This document shows positions 54,377 through 64,000 of a DNA stretch of 64,000 bases, one piece after another. The translations under genes and the position numbers were made by a program. Location: positions 248,001-312,000 of the forward strand of contig CM106585.1 in the NCBI GenBank assembly GCA_048013815.1, read 5' to 3'. Positions within the stretch are counted from its first letter, which is position 1, and each line of letters begins with the position of its first letter. The notes under the pieces were generated by a model that was not told the DNA's origin, did no database searches, and worked only from the letters and a program-made list of their open reading frames with translations. The stretch is from Setoptus koraiensis. Its lineage: Eukaryota; Animalia; Arthropoda.

Positions 54377-55600
54377 AGCATAAGTGAGATGATGATCATC
54401 ATTGTTTGTCGTTGGACGTCCATCATATATGATATCATTATCATATAATTATTTCGATTGTTGTTGCTATTGTTATTCTCGAATTGGTTTAAAACTGGTG
54501 TAGACAGACCATCATCCAAATGGAATTAATTCCAGTTATTTTCACTTGTCATAACTCAAAAAATTACTGTAATATTTAGTGTTCCGTGTATTGCCAATAT
54601 GTATAGCGCCGATGGAAGCTATTTGGCGCCAATCTGAGTGTAATGTTGACAATCTTTGTTTTATTTGTCTGCTTTGTCGTATGGTCACTAGGTTGTTACC
54701 ATCATTTTCTTGTATTTGAAGCTAGTATTTGTTCTTGTTCTTGTTTTTATTTATATTTATTTAATTTTGATTTGATTGACATTATGACTTCTCATATGAT
54801 CTAAACGAGCTTGTGCAATCCGTCCACTATATCACAATTATTATTGAATAACAACAACACCTACAGCACATATGATATCTAATAGTTGGTTGCTTTTATA
54901 ACTGTGTGCTATAATAATATAATATTATTATTAGTGATGTCTTTTATATTGGAATTGATGGTATTGATAGAGGTGGTAACAACAACAGTTTTGGTGATGA
55001 AAGAATAATAATTATAAAAATTCGTTGCTTTATCTGCAGCTTACAGTGCAGCCACAGACGACAACTATTACCAATACACACTGGATATAGTGGTTGAGGC
55101 CCCCTTTTGATGATTAGACGAAAGGGGGCACACGCAAATTTGTGCGCAATTGCGTCGAATTGGAACAGGAACAGTGCGGCCCCAATATTGGTATCGGGCT
55201 ATTCTTCACACTCACAATCGACTGTAGCCAATGGTCTATTCCGTTATATGTTCTATCATGATGCATACGATATATAAATATATATACAAACAATATATAT
55301 ACGTATATATATATATATATATATTATACTTTCATTATTATTATTTTATGTTTTATATTATATACTATACAAGTATAGTTGATGTTTCAGTTTTGGTTTT
55401 CCCTTAGTGGACGAGAACATGGGTATTGAGTCGTGGTGGTTGTTGCTTGCAACCAAGCGACTCATCAACAGCTACAATCAAGTCCATGACTCCATTATAT
55501 TGACGCGACTATATGTGCGACACGATTAGATCGACCATCGTCGTTGTTGGTTGGTCCTCTCTTACAGTTACAAACACAAATGCATTTGTTGTTATTGCCG

Positions 55601-55623
55601 TCGTCGTTGCTGTTGTTTTTGTC

Positions 55624-55660
<37 letters not shown>

Positions 55661-55663
55661 TTT

Positions 55664-55722
<59 letters not shown>

Positions 55723-55723
55723 G
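55601..55723. repeat. Imperfect (GTT)n microsatellite
   Basis: Direct reading of the sequence. Confidence 0.93.
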
Positions 55724-55985
55724 TACTCTTAGTTTACTTCCAGTCACTAGTCACAATTCTCGAGTCTCTAGGGACAAGATACAAAAACAGTAAAAGCTGC
55801 ATAGATGTCCGCAGTTTCTATTAATCTGTTGGCACAATTGCCAATTGCAGTTATTTCGGTTGCTTCCCCCTTACTTACAAGGCTCATCCGCTTAGCACCA
55901 GCGAGTCGTGAGTGTGTGTGTAACATTGGTGCACTACCGCTATTCGGCACAATAGTACGCCATTGCGCAAGGGTTGGCGCAAGCA

Positions 55986-56193
55986 ATTGCACGTTATAAA
56001 GGGCGGCCGCTAATAGATGGCCAGCTGAAAGCGCACACTGCGCGCAACAATTGCGCGTTTCGCAGCTTTGTCTTCGGTAAGAACTGGCACAGAAAGTCAA
56101 AATCGCCGCGTGAAATGCACTGTGGAAGGCAGCGTAGTCTCTTCAGTTCAAATGTCCATCTATTAGCGGACACCCTTTATAATAACGTGCAAT
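55986..56193. mobile_element. ~208-bp MITE-like element with ~40-bp imperfect inverted ends
   Basis: ATTGCACGTTATAAAGGGCGGCCGCTAATAGATGG pairs with CCATCTATTAGCGGACACCCTTTATAATAACGTGCAAT; no TSD established. Confidence 0.65.
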
Positions 56194-56417
56194 GATAAAC
56201 AAAAATAAAACGCCTACCATTGCTGTGGCGCTTTGTTGATCTGGCTCGGCGCGAAATAAAGCACGCCAAAATATAGTGGTGCGCAAACGCCTAGAGTGTG
56301 TCCATGTGATAGATTTTGTTGGCACGACGGTTGGTTACACAACATATTCACTTATACAGTAAATAATATAATATAAATATAATATAATAATATTATAAAA
56401 TAATATTAAAAAGTAAA

Positions 56418-57713
56418 ATGTCCTGGATGTCTAGCGCCGACTCTATTTGGGCCTCGCCAAGTGACATAGAGTACTCGAGACGGCGCAGTCAAACAACTAG
56501 CTCAAGCCTAGACAATAAATGTGAATGGATCCTCTCAATTGATGGAAAATACATCGTCGGTTACATATCTGTCATACCCGATCCAAGCACCAACTTTAAT
56601 CTAGGAGCAAACCTTATACAAGGCGGACAATATGGTGCCATTGTTGACCACGTCACGCCAGGAACTGTAGCTAACACAGCTTGCAAGTTGAAGGTTGGCG
56701 ATGAGATCGTTGAATGGAATGGTCATAGTTTCAGGAACAAAAACAACAGTGAAATTGCACAACTAATTGCATCATCGAAATCATGCTCTAGAACAAGGAT
56801 AGTGGCCGTGAGATCAAATAACAATCTCATAGATTTGACTAGTGTTGCATCTAGTCCGACAATGAGCAAATAAATTATAGATCCATGTCACAGCTCAAAC
56901 ACACTTTATCTTGTTGTCATTATCACTTCGAATGACAAGACTTTACTTCGAAGGTCTCGGTAAAGGACAGATGATAAGTCGACAGGGTTTGGCCTCGCCT
57001 TATTTAGGTGATATTCAATTGAGTCTTTGTGATAGGCGAGGCAATTTGGAAGTGGAAGTGATAAGAGCAAGAAAATTGGCTTCTAAAGCCAATAAGATTA
57101 TACCAAGTAAGTGTTATTGATGAACACCATTGAACTGATTGCAGTTGAATGACAACATAATTTTGCGACTATACAATATTCACCCTATGGCTAACATTAT
57201 TTGTTTTTTTATATCTCCTATAGCAACTTATGTGAAATTATATCTAGTGAAGAATAGAAAATGTTTGGCTAAGGCAAAGACTACCTTGTCTACAAAAAGA
57301 ACACTAGATCCGTTATTTCAGCAACAATTGACATTCCACGAAGATTATCATGGTTGTATTTTGCAAGTGAGTATAAATGAATCATAGGTGCATTAACTGG
57401 TAGCGCCATTATTGTTATTACATTCTACTAATTACATGTACATTTTACTTTATCGTTGTTATCATTAATATTTGATGATTGAAATTATTGTATGTACATA
57501 ACAAAGAGCATCGTTTGGGGTAACTTTGGTAAGATGGACAAAAAGAATTTCATGGGAATAGCGCAAATAAGTATTGATGATTTAGAATTAAGTGAGACAG
57601 TTATCAGTTGGTACAAATTATTTTTGCCATCTTCATTGCAAACTATGCCTTCAAAATCTTTACGTCACACATTACTATCTAACTCGACAGAGAGTTTCAC
57701 AAACACAACATGA
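56418..57713 (+). CDS. Putative mini-RIM: RIM-type PDZ (56418-56807) joined to duplicated C2B exons (56881-57106, 57224-57366, 57507-57713), 321 aa; alternatively a 151-aa PDZ-only ORF (56418-56873)
   Basis: PDZ motifs GAIVDHVTPG...LKVGDEIVEWNG. The candidate 73-nt intron GTGAGA(56808)...TTATAG(56880) keeps the frame open into FEGLGKGQMISRQ. Confidence 0.55.
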
Positions 57714-58015
57714 TACAGTAACGGTAATCTAGTTATTATTATGTTATAATAAAATTAAAATGATGAAAAGTTGTAATTACTATACTTATGTTAGGTGTGT
57801 CGATCGCATTTGATTCTAGTTGAGAAAGAAGAGAATTTAATTAAATGCTGAAACTAAACTGGCAGAAGAATTGTTTTTAGAATGACACAAATGATAGTGT
57901 TATCATGTGTTGCAATTGTGTAAACTGTTGTGGTCTATGATAGCAACAACAACAACAACAACAACGAATATCTTTAATGCGAACATTAACATAATTTCCA
58001 TGTCAGCGGATAATA
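56950..58015 (+). repeat. Right arm of the RIM inverted duplication
   Basis: Differs from the left arm by AAC repeat length (7 vs 13 units) and at least one substitution (57455). Confidence 0.96.
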
Positions 58016-58039
58016 GCAGAGTACGATACAGCAAATTTC

Positions 58040-59860
58040 GGGTGTTCCATCGAACAGTGACCCACTCCGATTTTCTTCAAACTCAACACAGGGGCCCTGG
58101 ATGGGCCCCGAAGAACGAATAAAGTGGTCCGGAAGTGCGGAAATTATTACTTCCGGAGATATGGAAAAATGCATTTTTTGGGCCTCAGACCAGAAATTTT
58201 CGCATGATTGTATAGATCTCAACGATGTGTTTGTAGTTCAGTGAAATTCAGCTTCATAAAGCATCCAGACCTCCAGATATTGAACTTTAATTTCATGAAC
58301 CACCTCCGGTCTATGTGATTGTAGTTTTATCGAACATCGCACGACTCTCCGTGTGTCGGGCACGCATTCACATCGTTCCTGGTGTTCGGGTTTGTGACAA
58401 TTACTCGGCCGAAGGCCGGGGTTGTCGGTTCGAGCGAGGCAAGCTTGCGAGGCCGAAGGCCGAGTCGGTGAAGATCGAAAGATGGGCCAATATAGATGGA
58501 AGGTTGAGTAACGAAGTAAATTAATAATAAAAATTGGGCATGGATCCCTTTATTCTATTTTCAACGATAGTGCACGCGCTAGGACTCGGTGGGTGGTCTG
58601 AATAACTGCGGGCGCAGATTCAATCCGCGCCGCGCTCATTAGTCACGCCTCTTTAGTTTTACTGCTTTTATTCTATTCCTGTGGCCTCTAGGTATGATCT
58701 GCCCTCGGTTTGGAGTAGCGAATACCCTACCGGATGTTCGTGCGGGTGGGTATGGCCGAGAATACCCTCAAATACCGGGTGTTGTAGCGAATAGCGACCC
58801 AGTCAGATTTCGATGAAAATTCACACGTGGGGCCCGTAGGGTCCTCTGACAACAGTTTGAGTGGTCCGGAAGTGCGGAAACTTCCGGTTCCGATTTTACA
58901 AAAACTTTGAGATACAGATTTGAAACTCACTAGATAACTGGAACCGTGTATGCGGAGTACGATTATGTCCATTTCAAGTCTTTACGACTTCCGGTTCACG
59001 AGATATTTGGTTAAAATTGCTGAGAGGGCGTTGACGGGACGAACTATCCGCGCGTCTGAATGAATGCGTGCGCTCAGAGGCTCATGCGATTCATCACACT
59101 AAAAACATGTCCCCAGTTCGTTCTTTCACCCTCTTTCCTGTGTGGACTGCAGTCACCTGAGCGGAGGGTAGAGGGCGCAGCCCGATACCCGAAGCGCTCA
59201 TCAACTCTACCCGAAGGGTTCCCGTCGCACGCAGTCGTCGCGTGAGCGATGACGGAGATGTGACGGCCTCCAGAATACGAGGCTGCAGGCCGAGTTTTCA
59301 GACCCACCGCATGTTCATCCTCGAGCGCAGCGAAGCAATGATTTGGTCACTTCCGGTCTTCAAACCCTGGTAATATCTATATTTCTAGACAACCGGAAGT
59401 CGCAGAGAGCTGAATCTTATTTCATCGTGTTCTGCGTACCTTTAAACGTCTCACCGGTGAATCTCGGAGCTCTATCTTCAACTCTATGTAAAACCGGAAC
59501 CAGAAGTTTCCGCACTTCCGGACTAATTTTTCCGGTCCATTGGGGTCAAGATGTACCCGTACCGGAAGTTTCATCAAAATCGGGGCGGGTCGCTTTTCGC
59601 TACAACATCCCCTATCTCGTTATAGCATCGATCCAATTCCTCACTATTAACCTCTGAGGCTTGAAATTTATCGTGCTTTTATCTAGATGTAAAGAGTGTT
59701 TCAAGCCCGTATCTCTATCATTATGTAAATCCGGAACGGGAAGTTTCCGCACTTCCGGACCACCAAAGTTATCATTTGTGGAACCTACGGACTCCGTGTG
59801 TGAAGTTTCATCGAAATCAGACTGGGGCACTAATCGCTACAACACCCTAAGATCGTTCAC
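58040..59860. mobile_element. Cluster 2 of the GNA-hairpin/CCGGAAGT repeat family; modules after ~59480 are in reverse orientation
   Basis: 58040-58420 resembles 16520-16915; 58775-59045 resembles 17955-18230; 59100-59400 resembles 18480-18775; 59690-59850 resembles the reverse complement of 58775-58930. Confidence 0.85.
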
Positions 59861-60020
59861 TGGAAAAATTAAGCGCTCTCATACTGGTATAATCAGTATA
59901 ACTTGTTTCTGCCTCACTAGTTACAAACGGTGAGCAGGCGAACCGCAACAGGGTGACAGTCGCACCATTCGAACGCCGGCTAGACCGACGACTAATCAGC
60001 GCGATGAATCAATGTTATAG

Positions 60021-60329
60021 TTAAATTAATGAAAATATTGTTACCAATGGAATCAACGGTTTGGTGGGCACAATTTTATCGACGCTTGTCTTGCAATGTA
60101 AGAGTGATCAGGGCGCTGAGCGTTTCATACGGCGCGCATAGGTGAGGAACACATCCTTGAGGCTGGTGTCGCTAATGAGATATCTGAATTTGACTGCGGG
60201 CAGTGCGGCCTCTCGTTCCGCTCCCATCCATTCGAACAACTGCGAGCGCTAGATGAGGTTGTCGGTGACGCGATACACAACAGAATAAATGTTGACATAA
60301 TCCAGCGATATTGATGATGATCTTGCCAT
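60021..60329 (-). pseudogene. Decayed 102-codon reading frame with two in-frame stops
   Basis: MARSSSISLDYVNIYSVVYRVTDNLI*RSQLFEWMGAEREAALPAVKFRYLISDTSLKDVFLTYARRMKRSAP*SLLH...; GC-rich, coding-like; family not recognised. Confidence 0.35.
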
Positions 60330-60459
60330 CAGATTGTGCGTCAATTGTTGTTTTTAGCGCTTAATTTTAATTAAGCGCTAATGATGTAGTGATGTTGGAT
60401 CCTAAATGGAGGAGGCGATCCACACACAAGCCTACAATTTTCAGTCACGCCCCCTCCTT

Positions 60460-60672
60460 AGCACACAGAAAGCTACAGCCTGAATGAGACTTAAGTCGCT
60501 ACGCTTTCTAGCACACAGTAAGCTACAGCTTGATAGAGACTTAAGTCGCTCCACCTCCTCAGCACACAGTAAGCTACAGCTTGATTGGGACTTAACTCAC
60601 TCCACCTCCTCAGTACACAGTAAGCTTCAGCTTGATTGAGACTTAAGTCGCTCCACCTCCCTAGCACACAGT
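60460..60672. repeat. ~51-bp tandem minisatellite, ~4.2 copies
   Basis: Units start at 60460, 60510, 60561, 60612 and 60663: AGCACACAGTAAGCTACAGCTTGATTGAGACTTAAGTCGCTCCACCTCCTC. Confidence 0.93.
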
Positions 60673-60990
60673 ACAAAATCGTTTAGAAGAAGTAGATACC
60701 TGGCTCTTTTACTTGTTTACAACTTGTTGATTACAAGTCTCGTGTGCGAGTATCATTAGAATATAGATCTGGGAATGTGAAAACATGTCGGAGACATACA
60801 ACTATGCCTGTCAGATCAGAGCAGCCGAAAAGATGACTGAATAAATCTAAGTTCTTTAAATTTCTTTAAGCATGATACACATATTAATTGCTCGCGTAAG
60901 AAATTTGGTGAGATTCTAGTAGTAAGTTTCGCCACATTGAGTAATCTAGTTAGATACAACAACTATTCAGTGGCGCACACTTAGAGTGCA

Positions 60991-61240
60991 TCAATTTCGA
61001 ATTTCGAAGTTCGAATTGTCACTACCAAACTCTGACGTCTGAACTGAGAACAGTTCGAATTGTGACCATCGAACTTCGACCAACGAACACTGACCATCGA
61101 TCACTAACCAATGAACTCTGAACGAGCAGCTGAAACTGATATCAGCACTCTGAATTTTCAATTTCGAACTTCGAATTGTAACCACTGAACTTCTAATTGT
61201 TACCACCGAACTCCTAATTGTGACCACCGAGCTCTGTACG
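60991..61240. repeat. Degenerate 21-bp repeats (TTCGAATTGTGACCACCGAAC) in two blocks
   Basis: Three tandem units at ~61169-61232 and related units at ~61008-61080; read as SSVVTIR x3 on the minus strand. Confidence 0.8.
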
Positions 61241-61262
61241 AGCACCTAGAAAATTTCAAACA

Positions 61263-61565
61263 TTATCGGAAATTTCTGAACTCGCTATCGATGATTTTCC
61301 GCGCGAGCCAGTTATCATCGATTGTGGTTGTGGGTATGAGCTCGGGATCCTTCATACCATTGACAATACTTTGCAAATCTTTCAGTGAGAAGAATTTGCC
61401 TCTGATGATTCTCTCCAAAAATTTTAGGTATAGCAGCGCCTGCTCATCGGTTTGCTGCGGAGTTAGTATGGTGTCCATCCCATTCTCTACTGAGTGATGA
61501 GAAAGGTGGTCGCGAAGCTTATCGTAGGTGGCGTGTGCCAGGTTGGACTTTGGTCGTTTCAGCAT
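61263..61565 (-). CDS. Hypothetical 100-aa protein inside the repeat-bounded island
   Basis: ATG-initiated, charged, helical-looking ORF (DEQALLYLKFLERIIRGKFFSLKDLQSIV); no family recognised. Confidence 0.4.
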   Translation of the reverse strand: MLKRPKSNLAHATYDKLRDHLSHHSVENGMDTILTPQQTDEQALLYLKFLERIIRGKFFSLKDLQSIVNGMKDPELIPTTTIDDNWLARKIIDSEFRNFR

Positions 61566-61714
61566 TTTGTTAAGTGCGAAAGTCGAATCATCGTAGAGAT
61601 AACATGGTTAACGTTTAGATACTCTAACACAGGGATGAGTAGAATCGTCAAAGTCAAATATCCATAGGGATTACATGGTTAATGATTAGATACCTTGAAG
61701 GAACCTTCACAGGA

Positions 61715-63481
61715 AGGTGTTGTAGCGAACTGGGCGTAGTTCAGATCGCGACGAAACTCACAGTGTGAGTACCTTGGAGGTCCCTGATGGAAAATTTTTT
61801 GGACCGGAAGTGTAGAAACCACTGCTTCCGGTTTTAGCCTCGGCTTCAAGCTAGAAACTTGAAACTTGGTATGTCGGTATATTCGACCACACCTAGTCCA
61901 ATGAGATAGATTTCGAATTTCTATAACTTCCGGTTGCAGAGATATTTAGGAATTTCATGCAGATTAACGTATTCAGACGGTGCTTGCGCGAACCCTAAGC
62001 CTAGCTGGCTAGAGCAAGGTTAATTGAGCACATAATTGGTCGAAACCCGGCCCGATCACGGGCCCCGCCCACTCGACCCCCAGTCCTCGGGAAGAATCTT
62101 TTTTAGTTAGGTGGCCGTCAGTCGTCCCGCCGGAGGCCGCAGGCCGTAGGCGTGGACGACTGGAGGCCGAGGGTGTTCTTGCGATTAGGTCCCAGCGCCG
62201 ATCATCACGAAACTTGACACACGGGCCCCGCAGGGGCCCCACATCATGGATTAGGTGGTCCGGAAGTGCGGAAACTTCTGGTTCCGGTTTTACATGAAGT
62301 TTAAGCTAGAGCTCTGAACATTGAGAATCAGGTAGATGACCTTCAGCGGAGCAGGATGGAATCTAAATCAATCCGGTATCACTTCCGGTTTGCTAGATAT
62401 CAAGGTTCAACTGAAATTAGAGGTGCGGCCGGGCCTGTGCGGTTGCGGCAAGCGGGCCCATACTGTGCACAGACTGCGCAACACCATGTATTAGCATGTA
62501 ATTCAGTTGTTCCTACTTGTCTCATCCTTATTTTTTATTCGCCCCTTCATTTGTGGGTGGATTGCAGTCATGTGAGCGGAGGGTAGAGGGCGCAGCCCGA
62601 TACCCGAAGCGCTCATCAACCCTACCCGAAGGGTTCCCGTCGCACGCAGTCGTCGCGGGAGCGACGACGGAGATGTGACGGCCTCCAGAATACGAGGCCG
62701 AAGGCCGAGTTCTAAGAACAATTGCAGGCTCATCCCTGAGTGTAGCGAAGCATGAATTTGGCAACTTCCGGTCTCTCAACTCTTGGGATATCGCTATAAC
62801 CAGAGAACCGGAAGTGGTAAAGAGCTAAAACTTATGTCATTGTGTTGATCGTCATCTGGAACGTCATTCTGATGAGTTTCAACTCTCTAGAAGCAACTTA
62901 AGGTAAAACCGGAACCGGAAGTTTCCGCACTTCCGGACCACTTTTCCTGATGGTTTTGGGTCAAGATGAACCTGTACCGGAAGTTTCATCATAATCGGCG
63001 CTGGGACCTAATCGCTAGAACAACCGAGGCCGAACCCCTCCTCCGGCCCGGGCCCAAGATGCATGGAAGACGGAAGGGCTATTGTATATTATACACAAGC
63101 GAGCATGGGTACCCCGCGTACCTCGTGCTACCTGCAACGGTCATGCCGCATTCATGCGGTTGTGATTATTACCCTCGCGTAGCCTATTGCATACTCGGAT
63201 ACCCGAAATACCCGGGTAAATCGCAGTATCGCACATCGGGTTCATTTTCACACTTCCGGTATACAATTTCTGAGATTATTATACTTGTCTGTACCTGGCT
63301 GTATCAAAAATACCTTCAAAAAAAGCAGTGGGAACCGCTAGCGGTCGTCGGGTATCTCAAAACGCCTACTATGCGGTACCTCGGGTAACTCGACAACCGT
63401 AAATTTCTACATCTTATAAATACCCATTCGGGTATCAGGGCACTAAACCCTACCCAAAAATACCCAAAATACCCAGATCGG
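61715..63481. mobile_element. Cluster 3 of the GNA-hairpin/CCGGAAGT repeat family, ending in a TACCC-rich module at the gap
   Basis: 62045-62175 resembles 17315-17410 and 18850-18975; 62535-62775 resembles 18505-18735; 62905-62945 is a reversed CCGGAAGT pair module. Confidence 0.85.
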
Positions 63482-63981
63482 NNNNNNNNNNNNNNNNNNN
63501 NNNNNNNNNNNNNNNNNNNNNNNNNNNNNNNNNNNNNNNNNNNNNNNNNNNNNNNNNNNNNNNNNNNNNNNNNNNNNNNNNNNNNNNNNNNNNNNNNNNN
63601 NNNNNNNNNNNNNNNNNNNNNNNNNNNNNNNNNNNNNNNNNNNNNNNNNNNNNNNNNNNNNNNNNNNNNNNNNNNNNNNNNNNNNNNNNNNNNNNNNNNN
63701 NNNNNNNNNNNNNNNNNNNNNNNNNNNNNNNNNNNNNNNNNNNNNNNNNNNNNNNNNNNNNNNNNNNNNNNNNNNNNNNNNNNNNNNNNNNNNNNNNNNN
63801 NNNNNNNNNNNNNNNNNNNNNNNNNNNNNNNNNNNNNNNNNNNNNNNNNNNNNNNNNNNNNNNNNNNNNNNNNNNNNNNNNNNNNNNNNNNNNNNNNNNN
63901 NNNNNNNNNNNNNNNNNNNNNNNNNNNNNNNNNNNNNNNNNNNNNNNNNNNNNNNNNNNNNNNNNNNNNNNNNNNNNNNNN
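63482..63981. other. Assembly gap of exactly 500 N
   Basis: Direct reading of the sequence. Confidence 0.97.
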
Positions 63982-64000
63982 TGTTGCCGGTGTTGCTGCA

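Noticed and set aside
60460-60672. CRISPR array
   Set aside because: The units are contiguous with no unique spacers, there are no cas genes, and the context is eukaryotic.

Overview
Eukaryotic, AT-rich, microsatellite-rich DNA from a compact, intron-poor animal genome; an arthropod, probably a mite, is inferred from gene content and missing introns. 1.8-16 kb is a dense gene block: an orphan Ser/Pro-rich membrane protein, a CEBPZOS homolog split by a TTA-TSD MITE, DIMT1, MFSD10, flower/CACFD1, AIMP1 and AGA. 22-32 kb holds the 3' exon of an Oamb-type octopamine receptor with a ~1,050-aa third intracellular loop, GLMP and an acid lipase. 32-49.6 kb is essentially non-coding. 49.7-58 kb holds a RIM (unc-10) gene on the minus strand, plus a near-identical inverted copy of its C2B exons placed behind a RIM PDZ exon on the plus strand. 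A modular non-coding repeat family occupies 16.5-20.2 kb and 58-63.5 kb, with a decayed copy near 39.1 kb. It is packed with same-strand C(GNA)G triloop hairpins and CCGGAAGT motifs, brackets gene fragments, and flanks both 500-N gaps. No rRNA, tRNA, CRISPR array or intact transposase was recognised. All alignments, counts and splice models were made by eye.
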